DNA from: an uncultured Acidobacteriota bacterium
Lineage (GTDB): Bacteria; Actinomycetota; Acidimicrobiia; Spongiisociales; ZC4RG35
Length of the DNA: 64,000 bases
Assembly: GCA_963828465.1 (NCBI GenBank)
Contig: CAWHEU010000022.1
Span: 4,577 to 68,576, forward strand
Direction: 5' to 3'
In this document: positions 54,343-64,000 of the stretch, one piece after another
How positions within the stretch are numbered: position 1 is the first letter of the stretch
Layout of the letters: the number at the start of each line of letters is the position of its first letter
Notes under the pieces: generated by a model
Database searches by the model: none
What the model was told of the DNA's origin: nothing
The model's input: the letters and a program-made list of their open reading frames with translations, nothing else
Program-made: the position numbers and the translations under genes

Positions 54343-55833
54343 CTAGGCGCCGAATCGTTCCCGAAGCAGACCGTGACGCAGCCCCCGATCGCTCACCGTG
54401 AGACTCTCCTGACCGAGCTTTCCCATCACAGTGCGGACGATGCAGCACCCGGCCAGGATCACGTCGGCGCGTTTGGGTTGGAGCCCGACGATCGAACGGC
54501 GGGCCTCGGCGTCCTGTGTCCGGTACATCTCGATCTGGCGGTCGATCTCGTCACGTTCCAGGATGGTTCCCTGGACCACGTCGGGGTCATAAGTCGCCAA
54601 CCGGTGAAAGACCGCTGTGATATTGGTCACTGCGCCTCCCATGGCCACCAGGGCGTCGGGCCGGGGGCGGCCGTCGAGAGCGGAGAGATCACGGGAGATC
54701 GCCTCGAGTGCCGAGGCGAGCACATCCGCCTCCACCGCATTGTCCAGCCCGAAAGTCTCGGTGTATCGCACCGCGCCGACAGGGACGCTGAAGCGCTCCA
54801 CTACCTCGTCACCATCGCCGAAGGTGAACTGAGAGCTTCCCCCTCCGGTGTCGAACACCACCAACGAGCCAGGATCCAGTCCGAGCTCGGCCTTGACCGC
54901 CAGATAGGCGAGTCGAGCCTCCTCCTCACCGGAGATGGCCTCGACGGTGAACCCGGTTCGTCTCCGGATGAGGTCGATCACCTGGTCACGATTGGAGGCG
55001 GTCCGCAATGCCGCAGTCCCGACCATGACGATGGCCCTGGCCCGATTCTGTCTCGCATCGTCGACCATCTCTGCGATCGCCTTTGCGGTGCGCTCCATCG
55101 CCTCGTCGGATATTGGGCCGTTCGGCTCCTGCCCCTCGCCGAGGCGGGTCAGTTCGGCCCGGTCGACGACGGCTCTCCATCCATCGGCGGTCTGCTCGGC
55201 CACGTGGAACTTGACCGAGTTCGTGCCGACGTCGACGACCGCGTACCTCACTCCTCCGTCGACGAGGATGATGGTCATGCCCCGGACGAAGTTGTGGTTC
55301 AGCAGCGTCTGCATACCGGTTGTGTTGACAGCATCGATCACTTTGTCGGGGTCTTCGGACTCGATGGCGATCGTCCTCATCGGGACGCTGTCCACCACCA
55401 AATCGGTCAGCTCGGCCATGCAGCCGTCCAACGTGTAACGCACCCGTCTCTTGTGGATCGGCACCGCGCTCACCTGAGGATGGGACGCCAACACCTCGGA
55501 GTGGAATTGGTCGAGCGTGTATGAGTCACGGTTCAGTGGCGGTGGGTCGATCGCCAGCATCGCAAAGACCTTTGCCACATCCGTCGCCGCCAGCGGGAAG
55601 CCCTCCTTCATGACGGGGACCCACTGTTCGAGACCTTCTGGGCTCACCTCCTGGAGGACCTTCACGTCCATCAGTTCGTCGCGGATCTTGACGATCGGGC
55701 CCGATCCTGTGCGCAGATAGACCTCATCGGACTCCTGGATCCCCGTCGGTTCGAGGGCGGCGAACACCGCTTCGGCGGCATCGAAATCGGTGCCGAAGGT
55801 GCGCCACTCCCAGCGAGGGACGATTGTCGTCAT
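54343..55833 (-). CDS. Ppx/GppA family phosphatase (exopolyphosphatase / guanosine pentaphosphate phosphohydrolase-like) with an N-terminal ~150-aa extra domain
   Basis: VVDVGTNSVKFHVAE and VVFDTGGGSSQF (ASKHA ATPase-fold phosphate motifs). Start taken at the ATG at 55833 (MTTIVPRWEW…). The ORF is open to 56133 but that upstream part looks non-coding. Confidence 0.75.
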   Translation of the reverse strand: MTTIVPRWEWRTFGTDFDAAEAVFAALEPTGIQESDEVYLRTGSGPIVKIRDELMDVKVLQEVSPEGLEQWVPVMKEGFPLAATDVAKVFAMLAIDPPPLNRDSYTLDQFHSEVLASHPQVSAVPIHKRRVRYTLDGCMAELTDLVVDSVPMRTIAIESEDPDKVIDAVNTTGMQTLLNHNFVRGMTIILVDGGVRYAVVDVGTNSVKFHVAEQTADGWRAVVDRAELTRLGEGQEPNGPISDEAMERTAKAIAEMVDDARQNRARAIVMVGTAALRTASNRDQVIDLIRRRTGFTVEAISGEEEARLAYLAVKAELGLDPGSLVVFDTGGGSSQFTFGDGDEVVERFSVPVGAVRYTETFGLDNAVEADVLASALEAISRDLSALDGRPRPDALVAMGGAVTNITAVFHRLATYDPDVVQGTILERDEIDRQIEMYRTQDAEARRSIVGLQPKRADVILAGCCIVRTVMGKLGQESLTVSDRGLRHGLLRERFGA

Positions 55834-55897
55834 GCGCAGGTCGGTCCAATCTGGTTGGATTCGGGACCGTCCGACCCTAGACGACCCGAAGGAGACC

Positions 55898-58639
55898 ATG
55901 ACCACCCAAGTAACTGAGCGCGCCGATTGGTACGCCATGGAAGCGGCCGATGCGGCTCTCACGCTCGAGGTGGACCCGAATCTCGGGCTGAAAGCACCCG
56001 AGGTCGAAGAGCGCGTGGCGAAGTACGGGACGAATCGGCTTGCCGAGGGGGAGAAGGAGTCTGGGTTCCGGGCCTTCATCCGCCAATACGAGGACTTCAT
56101 GCAGATCGTGCTGTTGGCGGCAGCGGTCGTCAATCAGCTGGTGACCGGGGATACGCCGACCACGGTCCTTCTCGCCGGTCTCACCGTCTTCAACGCGGTG
56201 ATCGGTCTCCGGCAGGAGGCGAAGGCCGAGGAGAGCGTCGCCGCCCTGGCTTCGATGATGAAGACCATTGCCCGTGTCCGCCGGGATGGTCAGGTACTCG
56301 AAGTGGACGCGGTCGAGCTGGTGCCGGGGGATGTCGTCCTGGTGGAGGCGGGGAACCTGGTTCCTGCCGATGGCCGGATCACCGTCGCCGCGACGTTGGA
56401 GATCGAAGAGGCAGCCCTTACCGGGGAGAGTCTTCCGGTCAGCAAGGCCACTGCCCCGGTCACGGGTGCGGACGTACCGCTGGGAGACCGCACCTGCATG
56501 GCCTACATGAACACCTCCGTGACCCGAGGGCGCGGGGAGATGGTGATCACCGCCACCGGGATGGAGACCGAGATCGGGCATATCGCCGGGATGCTGGCCA
56601 GCACCGAGTCGGAGAAGACCCCGCTGCAAAAGCAACTGGACGCGCTGTCCAAGATCATCGCCTCGATCGCTGCGGTGGCCCTGGTCGTGGTGGTCTTGTT
56701 GGGGCTGTCCCAGGGCCAGACCTTCGACACCCTGTTCATCACCGGGGTGGCGTTGGCCGTGGCCGCCATCCCGACCGGGCTTCCGGCGGTCGTGACCGCG
56801 CTGCTGTCGATCGGCACCCGGGAGATCGCCCGGCGGAATGCGATTGTGAAACGTCTCCCCGCCGTCGAAACCCTGGGCTCGACTTCGGCGATCTGCTCCG
56901 ACAAGACCGGGACCTTGACCCTGAACAAGATGACCGCTCGGGAGATGGTCATTCCCGGCCAGAACGTCTTCCAGGTCTCCGGCGAGGGATATTCGACGGT
57001 CGGTGACATCACACATGTTGGCGGGGCCAACATCGATCTCGACGCATGTCTCCTACCGATGGTCCTCTGCGCCGACGCGGTCCTCGACGGAGAGAGCCTC
57101 ATCGGTGACCCCACGGAAGGCGCTCTGATCGTTCTCGGTGCCAAAGGCGGGCTGGATATCGAACGCACCCGATCGACCTATCCGAGAGTCGCCGAGGTCC
57201 CGTTCGACTCGGAATACAAGTTCATGGCCACCTTCCACGAGATGACGGACCGTGACGGCGATCCGGTCATCCGCTGTTTTGTGAAGGGCGCGCCCGACGT
57301 ACTCATCGGCAGGGGTGGCTCCTACCTCAGCCCCGATGGGGAGGAAGTGCCGGTCACCGACGAGAACAAGCATCTCGCCCTCGAGGCAAACGACCGCATG
57401 GCGGCTTCGGGGGAGCGGGTGATGGTCGTCGCCCGGAGGGACTTTGACCCGGATTCCTTCGATCCGAACGGGAATTTGCTCGATCTCGTCCAGGACCTGA
57501 CCTTGCTGGCAATGGTGGGGATCGTCGATCCGCCCCGGTCTGAAGCCAAGGCTGCCATCGCCAAGTGTCACGACGCAGGGATCCGGGTGCGGATGATCAC
57601 CGGGGACCATGCCACTACCGCTGCTGCCATCGCCGGAGAGCTCGGGATCGAAGGCAGGGCGATCACCGGCGCCCAGTTCGCGGCGATGCCCGACGACCAG
57701 CTCATCGAAGAGCTACCGGAGATCGGGGTGATTGCCCGGGTCGCCCCCGAAGACAAGGTGCGTCTGGTCCGGATGCTCCAGCAGTCCGAAAACGTCGTGG
57801 CGATGACCGGGGACGGGGTCAACGACGCCCCGGCGTTGAAGGCCGCCGACATCGGTGTGGCCATGGGGATCACAGGCACCGAGGTCTCCAAAGAGGCGGC
57901 GGTGATGATCCTCACCGACGACAACTTCGCCACCATCGTCGGCGCCGTCGAGTACGGGCGCGCCCTCTACGACAACCTGCTCAAGTATCTCCGCTTCCAG
58001 ATGTCGACGCTTGTGGCCTATATCGCGGTGTTCATCGGCGCCGGCATCTTCGGCATCGCCGGCGGTGTCCCCCTCAACCCGCTCCAGATCCTGTGGCTGA
58101 ACATGGTGATCGACATTCCCATCGCCATCGCCCTCGGCTTCGACGAGCCCACCCCCGGCCTCATGCAACGTGCACCACGGCCGGTGGGTGCCCCGGTCCT
58201 CTCCGCCCGGGATTGGGTCCGGTTGTGTGTGCAGGGCTTTGTCATGACCGTTGGCACTCTTGCCGTCTATCTGCTGGCAGAACCCGAATACGGAGCCGCG
58301 GTCGCCTCGACCATGCTGTTGACCACGCTGTCGCTGTTCCACCTGATCGCCGGTTACATGGCCCGAGACCCGGACAGCACCGTGTTCGACCGGGCCGCAC
58401 TGCCCGGATCCACTCAGCTGAAGCGCTATGGGCTCGCTCTCCTGGCCATGATCCTGGTGACCACACTGGGGATCCTCCAGCGCATCTTTTCGACGGTCGA
58501 GCTGGGCTTCAACCAGTGGGTGATTTGTGGCGGGATCGCGTTGAGCCTGCTCGTGGTCGAAGAGCTCATCAAATTGTTCCTCCGTCGAAGGAAGTCCGTG
58601 CCCGAGAAGACCCCGGCCCAGCCGGCTCTGGCGGCGTGA
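55898..58639 (+). CDS. P-type cation-transporting ATPase (P2-type, Ca2+/Mg2+-like)
   Basis: TGES, ICSDKTGTLT (phosphorylation site), MITGD, TGDGVNDAPALK. RBS GAAGGAGA before the ATG at 55898. Confidence 0.9.
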   Translation: MTTQVTERADWYAMEAADAALTLEVDPNLGLKAPEVEERVAKYGTNRLAEGEKESGFRAFIRQYEDFMQIVLLAAAVVNQLVTGDTPTTVLLAGLTVFNAVIGLRQEAKAEESVAALASMMKTIARVRRDGQVLEVDAVELVPGDVVLVEAGNLVPADGRITVAATLEIEEAALTGESLPVSKATAPVTGADVPLGDRTCMAYMNTSVTRGRGEMVITATGMETEIGHIAGMLASTESEKTPLQKQLDALSKIIASIAAVALVVVVLLGLSQGQTFDTLFITGVALAVAAIPTGLPAVVTALLSIGTREIARRNAIVKRLPAVETLGSTSAICSDKTGTLTLNKMTAREMVIPGQNVFQVSGEGYSTVGDITHVGGANIDLDACLLPMVLCADAVLDGESLIGDPTEGALIVLGAKGGLDIERTRSTYPRVAEVPFDSEYKFMATFHEMTDRDGDPVIRCFVKGAPDVLIGRGGSYLSPDGEEVPVTDENKHLALEANDRMAASGERVMVVARRDFDPDSFDPNGNLLDLVQDLTLLAMVGIVDPPRSEAKAAIAKCHDAGIRVRMITGDHATTAAAIAGELGIEGRAITGAQFAAMPDDQLIEELPEIGVIARVAPEDKVRLVRMLQQSENVVAMTGDGVNDAPALKAADIGVAMGITGTEVSKEAAVMILTDDNFATIVGAVEYGRALYDNLLKYLRFQMSTLVAYIAVFIGAGIFGIAGGVPLNPLQILWLNMVIDIPIAIALGFDEPTPGLMQRAPRPVGAPVLSARDWVRLCVQGFVMTVGTLAVYLLAEPEYGAAVASTMLLTTLSLFHLIAGYMARDPDSTVFDRAALPGSTQLKRYGLALLAMILVTTLGILQRIFSTVELGFNQWVICGGIALSLLVVEELIKLFLRRRKSVPEKTPAQPALAA

Positions 58640-58699
58640 ACGGGTCCCACGCTCTGCAGGATGACGGGTCTTTGGAATCCTCGGGCATAGCCTGGGTGG

Positions 58700-59110
58700 A
58701 TGGCGGTCGACCGAAGTCGTAAGGCGAGGAGCGCCCGCAAACGCAAGCGCCGAATGGGTCGCCTCGAACACGACCTCAGCGAAGAGCAGTGGGCGACCCT
58801 CAAGGCGGCCTGGGGTGGCTGCGCATATTGCGGGGCCGTCGACAAGCCGCTCCAGCGCGATTGCGTGCTGGCTATCTCGCGGGGCGGGCGATACACCCTC
58901 AACAACATCGCTCCCGCCTGCCAGTCCTGCAATGCCAGCAAGGGCAATCACGAGGTGACCGGCTGGCTGCGACGCAGGCGGCTCGACGAGAGCGCCTTTT
59001 TGCTGCGTCATTTCGAGATCAACGCCGAGCTGGCAGAGCGGTTCCCTGGCGAATTGGCCGCCGAGCTCGATTCCACCACCGCCCAGACTCGGCCTGACCG
59101 GGCTCGCTGA
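58700..59110 (+). CDS. HNH-family endonuclease-like small protein (the usual DH catalytic His is Cys)
   Basis: CAYCGAVDKPLQRDCVLAISRGGRYTLNNIAPACQSCNASKG matches the zinc-finger spacing of the HNH motif C-x2-C…C-x2-C. An alternative start is at 58754. Confidence 0.6.
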   Translation: MAVDRSRKARSARKRKRRMGRLEHDLSEEQWATLKAAWGGCAYCGAVDKPLQRDCVLAISRGGRYTLNNIAPACQSCNASKGNHEVTGWLRRRRLDESAFLLRHFEINAELAERFPGELAAELDSTTAQTRPDRAR

Positions 59111-59280
59111 ATCACGGAGACAACCTTGCGCTATTCGCGCGCTCCCCTCCCGCGCTCCGCCGACGCCATCGGCAGCGGCGGCGAAGTTTCCAGGCTCGGG
59201 GGCAGATCAGGATTGGCCATGGGGAGCGAGCCGGTATCGGGATTCACTCCGATAGGTCGTGATGTCACGGCCCATATAGA

Positions 59281-59308
59281 TGTCGCCCCGCTCGATCGAG
59301 CGGGGCGA
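59281..59308 (-). terminator. perfect 12-bp inverted repeat GTCGCCCCGCTC-GATC-GAGCGGGGCGAC, a candidate intrinsic terminator for the mutarotase gene
   Basis: The hairpin is ~25 nt downstream of the minus-strand stop at 59333. It is followed on the minus strand by a T/A-rich tract (ATCTATATGG). Confidence 0.5.
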
Positions 59309-59332
59309 CTGTCTATGGCGAGTCTCCGCGTG

Positions 59333-60550
59333 TCAGCGGTCGGTGCTGAAGGCGTAGACGGTGGTGGTCTCGTACACCTCGCCGGGGGACAGAACCGTCG
59401 ATGGGAAATTGTCATGGTTGGGTGAGTCCGGGAAGTGTTGGGTCTCGAGGGCAAAGCCGGCGCTCTGCCGGTACATCTTCCCGCTGGTCCCGATCAAAGT
59501 CCCGTCGAGGAAGTTGCCGGCATAGAACTGGATCCCGGGCTCGGTGGTCAGCACCTTCAGCGTGCGGCCACTCTCCGGATCCGTGGCCTTGGCGGCCAGC
59601 TCGAGCCGATCGTCGGTCTTGCGGTCGAGGACCCAGTTGTGGTCATAACCACGACCGATCACCAGCTGCTCGAAGGTGCCGTCATTGATCCGCTCCCCGA
59701 TGGCGGTGGACTTGTTGAAGTCCATCGGCGTTCCTTCCACCGGATCGATAGGCCCGGTGGGGATCAGGGTGTCGTTGACCGGCGTGTACTCATCGGCGTT
59801 GATGAAGAGCTTGTGGTCGTAGATATCGCCGTTGCCCTCACCCGCCAGGTTGAAATAGGCATGGTTGGTGAGGTTGACGATCGTCTCCAAACCCTCGCCC
59901 TCCTCCAGTTCTGCCCGATAATCCATCCTGATCTCGTTCTTCGGGGTGAGCAGATAGGTGACGGTGACGTGCAGGGTCCCCGGATAGTTCTCCTCGCCGT
60001 CCGGGCTCGTGTAGGTGAGCCGGAGACCGACGTTCTTCCCGTCGTCGATCGGCTCGGCAGCCCAGATCCGCTTGTCGAACCCGAAGTCGCCGCCATGGAG
60101 ATGGTTGGGATCGTTGTTGGTGGCCAGCTGGTACGTCTCGCCGTTCAACTCGAACTGTCCCAGCGCGATCCGATTGGCGTAGCGACCGGTGATGTTCCCG
60201 AAGTAGGGGTTCTCGTTCACGTACTGGTCCAGGTTGTTGAAACCCAGGGTGACGTTGGTAAGCCGCCCCCTGCGCCCCGGGATCTCGATGGATTGGAGGA
60301 TCCCCCCATAGGTGAGGATGTTCACCTTCATCCCCTTGCGGTTGGTGAGGGTCCATATCTCGACCGGGTTGCCCTGTTCCGGGTGTTCCGGGTTGGTCGA
60401 GTTGACCTCACCGAATGGCTGGCTGGTGATACTCGCTCCTTGCGTGGTGGCGGCCTGATTGGCGGCCGCGGCGGGCACAACCGCGAGGGCTGTGAGCAGG
60501 AGAACGAGAGTCGTGGCGAAGACTCTGCTTCGCTTGATTGCTCTCCGCAT
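59333..60550 (-). CDS. secreted aldose 1-epimerase (galactose mutarotase)
   Basis: Signal peptide FATTLVLLLTALAVVPAAAA. Mutarotase motifs …NHLHGG… and …HAYFNL…. Confidence 0.9.
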   Translation of the reverse strand: MRRAIKRSRVFATTLVLLLTALAVVPAAAANQAATTQGASITSQPFGEVNSTNPEHPEQGNPVEIWTLTNRKGMKVNILTYGGILQSIEIPGRRGRLTNVTLGFNNLDQYVNENPYFGNITGRYANRIALGQFELNGETYQLATNNDPNHLHGGDFGFDKRIWAAEPIDDGKNVGLRLTYTSPDGEENYPGTLHVTVTYLLTPKNEIRMDYRAELEEGEGLETIVNLTNHAYFNLAGEGNGDIYDHKLFINADEYTPVNDTLIPTGPIDPVEGTPMDFNKSTAIGERINDGTFEQLVIGRGYDHNWVLDRKTDDRLELAAKATDPESGRTLKVLTTEPGIQFYAGNFLDGTLIGTSGKMYRQSAGFALETQHFPDSPNHDNFPSTVLSPGEVYETTTVYAFSTDR

Positions 60551-60628
60551 GACCTTCTCCTTTGGTCGCGGATGAGCAACCCTAGGTCTGAATTGCTAAA
60601 GCCGCAAGCGTGTGCCTGCATACGTAAT

Positions 60629-63600
60629 TCAGGATGTTGTCGCCAGTACCTCCCGCGCCGCGACCAGGTCGTGTTCCTCGAGGCCTTCGGTGAATGTGGC
60701 GTAGAGCGATGCCAGCTCCTCGCTGCCGTCGGGGGTCTTGCCCATCTCCCGATGGAGGTCGACCAGCCGGGTCAGTGCCTGCAACTCGACGAGGTGGAAC
60801 CCTCCCGCCCCTCCTCCTAGAGCCGCGATCAGATAGGCCTGTTCGGCGGCCTCCAGATCGGGGTCGGGGAATGTCCTCAGAATGTCACCTCTGACGATGA
60901 GGAACTCAGGATTGGTCAAGACGTCGGGCCCGCCGGTCGTGACGGCCTCATCGATCAGCTCCAGGGCTCGCTCGGAAAGACCCGCGATGTTGTGCACCAA
61001 AGCTCGCAGACGGAGCAGATCGGGCCAGAACACCGGGGGCGCGGTCAGCCCGTGGTACAGCTCGATTCCCTTCTCGGTCATTGTGAGACCGGTCTCGGGG
61101 TCCCCCAGATAGGACGTCGCCACCCCATCGCAGACGGTGGAGAGGGTTCGCCATACCGGATAGTCGTTCTGCTCGGATACCACGTCCAGCTCCCTGGCCC
61201 GATCCCGCGCCTCCTCGTACCGCCCGCGATAGAGGGCGAGAAGACCGTTGTGATGGAGTCCATAGGCGATGCTGTAGGGGTGGCCGATCTGCCGTGCCAC
61301 ATCGAGGGCGTCCTCGACGCGGTCTACGGCCTGCTCCAACTTCCCGCACTGCCAGAGGAGGATTCCCGAGGCGGTTCGGGCCACCACACCGGTGTTGGGG
61401 CCGAGCCGAAATCGGCCAGAGTCATGGACCTGAGGGTCGTGAAGCTCGATAGCCCGGTCGAGGCTGGGGAGCCCCACCTCGAGGTTCCCGGTGAAGGCGG
61501 TTGCGGCCCCGTAGACATAGTGGCCCTCGATCAGCATCGAGTCGTCGCCGGCCTGCTCACCGAGCTCGAGCAGCTGCTGGCCGAGTTCGGCGACCGCGGC
61601 GAATTGAGCGATACCCATGTAGTAGGTAGCCAGGGCACGGAGCACCGGAAACCGTTGGGTCGGAGTCCCGACCGTCTCCGAGGCCTCCATGGCTTTCTTG
61701 TACGCCGCCTCGGTTTCTGGTCCGTAGCCGCGGACGGCCATCATCGCCCGCGCCAGACTCATCCGGAGTGCCAGCTGCTCGGCGGCGACCTTCGGTGACG
61801 GCTCGACCCCATCCAGCATTTCGATCCCGTCGTTGGCCAATTCGATTGCGGCCCGGTACCAACCCCTCGACTCGTGGAGAGCCCACATCCCCTCGATCAT
61901 CCCGAATATCTGCTCGACTCCGCCTTGGGCGATCCAGTAGTCCCAGGCGGTCCTCAGGTTGCCCAACTCCCGCTCCAGATCGTCCAGCGCTGCCTGCCGG
62001 TCCGCAGCGTGCAGGCGCCCGCCTATGCCGTCGACCAACCTGCAGAAATAGTCGGCGTGGGAGTGCCGGCCCGCCGCTTCCCGGTCCGGCGACTCGGCCA
62101 GCTTCGACTCGGCGAATTCCTTGATCATGAGCAGCATCGAGAACCGCTGGGTCAGCCCCGTGTCTGCACGTCGCACAAGGCTCTTGTCCACCAGCGAGCC
62201 GAGAGTGTCGAGGGCGTCGACCCCACCGAGGACTTCGGCGGCCACGGCCTCTAGCGCGCGAAGGTCGGTGGCGGAGAACACCGACAGCAGTTCGAAAACT
62301 TCACGCTCGTTCTGGTCGAGTAGCTCGTAGCTCCATCCGATCGCCCCCCAAAGGGTGCGTTGACGATCGGGCAAGTCTCGGCCACCCGCACCGAGGACGT
62401 CGAGCCGCTCCCGGAGCCGTTCCAACAGATCCGACGGGGTGAACACGTTGAGCCGAGCCGCGGCTAGCTCGATTGCGAGCGGGAGCCCGTCGAGTCGGAG
62501 ACAGATCTCGGCGATCGTGGAAGCGTTGTCATCCGTCACCGTGAACTCGGGGCGCACTGCCCGGGCTCGGTCGGCAAACAGAGCCACCGCCTCCGACTCG
62601 GCGATGACGGAGGCCTCGTCGTCAGGATGAGGGAGGCCGAGCGGGGGCACCGGGAACACCTTCTCCGCCCGGACCCGAAGTGTCTCCCGGCTGGTAACGA
62701 GGACCTTGATCCCTGGTGCGTGTTGGAGGAGCTCAGACAGCCCCACGGCGGCGGGTGCCACCTGTTCGAAGTTGTCGAGGACGAGGAGCATCCGGGAATC
62801 GCGCAGTCGGGTCTTCAGCACTTCGAGAGCATCGCTACCGCCCGACACAGGGATGGCGAGCGTCGCTGCGACCGCATCGAACACGTTGTCCGGTTCTCGT
62901 TCGGAGGAGAGATCGACGAAGAAGACACCGTCCAGGTAGTGGTCCAACTCATCGGCGGCGACCTGGAGACCGATCCGTGTCTTGCCCGCACCGCCTGGGC
63001 CGGTGATAGTGAGCAGCCTTGTGGTCGGGGATTCCAGCATGAGGTGGATGGCCGCCAGCTCGTCCTCACGACCCAGGAACTCGGTGGCCTGCTGGGGGAG
63101 GTTGTTCGGTCTTCCGTCCAGGGTCCGTGGCGCCGGGAATTCGGAACGGAGGGCGTCGTGGATCACCTGATAGAGATGCTCGGGCTCGGTGAGGTCCTTG
63201 AGCCGGTGGATCCCGAGATCTCGCAGCTCTACACCTGGCGGCAGATATCCGGACGCGGAAGACGTGCCAGAAACCAAGCACTTGGCCTCCGTGCCCGGCG
63301 GCCATGATCCGGGCGGCGCGGTTCATCGCCGGCCCGAAGTAGTCGCCCTCACGGCTCTCGGTGTCTCCGCTGTGGATCCCCATTCGGACCCGGAGAGGGC
63401 CCGTCGGTCCCCACTGCTCCTCATCCAGTGAGCGTTGGCTGTCGACGGCTGCGGAGACGCCATCCGAGACCGAGTCGAACATGGCGATCATTCCATCACC
63501 CGTGGTCTTCAACACCGAGCCCCCGGCTTGGGCTATCGCCTGGTTGAGTATCTGGTCGTGACGAGCGAGTGCGGCTGCCATCTCGTCGCCGTGTTCCTCC

Positions 63601-63647
63601 CAGAGACGTGTGCTTCCTTCGATGTCGGTGAAGAGGAACGTCTGCAT
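60629..63647 (-). CDS. class III adenylate cyclase – NB-ARC/AAA ATPase – TPR STAND-family protein (paralog 3); frameshift near 63275
   Basis: MQTFLFTDIEGSTRLWE…GDGMIAMF (cyclase, 63066..63965 frame). Then GYLPPGVELRDLG…LLTITGPGGAGKTRIG…LLVLDNFEQV and TPR repeats (60629..63277 frame). Confidence 0.8.
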
Positions 63648-63687
63648 CGACGGGGGAATATACGAAATGGCGGGCCACCGCCGCGTC

Positions 63688-64000
63688 TCAGCTGTCGTCG
63701 AGCACTTTTCGCAAGGCGCCGGCGAAAGCCTCTGGGTCGCCCGTCTGGCCATATTCGCCGCCCAGGAAGCCTCCATGGTCACTGGGGAACGTGGTGACTT
63801 TCGTCCCGAGGTGTTCGGCCGCTGCCTCCGCTCCGCGATGGGCCAGTTCGCCATCCGATTCGACGCCGGCGGCGAGGATGATGCGCGTGGAAGCGGCTCC
63901 CAGCGCATCGAAGTCGGGTTGGTAGTGGGTGTTCGTGATGAGGTTCTGCCCGAGCAGCACGTCATCCCGGGAGCCGTCGTCTCCCGTCGGCAGTCCGAAC
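63688..64000 (-). CDS. alpha/beta-hydrolase fold protein, C-terminal fragment (gene continues past the window end)
   Basis: …FPSDHGGFLGGEYGQ… is a hydrolase-like C-terminal region. Open to the window end. Confidence 0.45.
   Translation of the reverse strand, partial: FGLPTGDDGSRDDVLLGQNLITNTHYQPDFDALGAASTRIILAAGVESDGELAHRGAEAAAEHLGTKVTTFPSDHGGFLGGEYGQTGDPEAFAGALRKVLDDS

Noticed and set aside
54274-55524. 416-aa plus-strand ORF overlapping Ppx/GppA on the opposite strand
   Set aside because: Ppx/GppA motifs (VVDVGTNS, DTGGGSSQ) are on the minus strand. The plus ORF is featureless.
55877-59011. Large minus-strand ORFs (55877..57016, 57713..59011) antisense to the P-type ATPase and HNH gene
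   Set aside because: The P-type ATPase signature motifs are unambiguous on the plus strand. The antisense frames are low-complexity.

Overview
This is high-GC (~68-70%) chromosomal DNA, probably actinobacterial (Acidimicrobiia- or Actinomycetia-like). I support about 50 protein-coding genes. I found no rRNA, tRNA, CRISPR array or recognisable IS/transposon.

The left part is metabolic and transport genes:
- An isoprenoid trio: FAD-dependent oxidoreductase, hypothetical protein, polyprenyl synthase.
- An MmpL transporter.
- Two ACMSD-like amidohydrolase paralogs flanking a secreted CAP/SLH-like protein.
- A CMD/AhpD-like protein running in-frame into a ketopantoate reductase.
- A sugar ABC uptake operon followed by a Gfo/Idh/MocA oxidoreductase.

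The centre, roughly 19.2-33.1 kb, looks like an NTP-dependent conflict or defense island:
- A multi-TIR protein is translationally coupled to a ~1,250-aa nSTAND-type P-loop NTPase with a transmembrane helix and about 15 WD40 repeats.
- It is followed by a tightly packed plus-strand cassette: alpha/beta hydrolase (GxSxG), helical-domain plus trypsin-like serine protease, cytoplasmic M15 peptidase with a peptidoglycan-binding domain, a second TIR protein (TIR-TM-LOG/SLOG-like Rossmann domain), and a nitrilase-superfamily hydrolase.

The right part is rich in cyclic-nucleotide signalling:
- Three paralogous adenylate cyclase-NB-ARC-TPR STAND proteins.
- Three further class III cyclases (membrane, HAMP-linked, MerR-HTH-linked).
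- An MFS transporter fused to a cNMP-binding domain.
- An HD-GYP-like protein with a LuxR HTH.
- Also a P-type ATPase, Ppx/GppA, FMO, SAM methyltransferase, HNH endonuclease and aldose epimerase.

At least 11 genes carry apparent single-nucleotide frameshifts, several in homopolymer runs. I read these as assembly or sequencing indels rather than true pseudogenes. The core TIR/STAND/protease/peptidase genes are intact.
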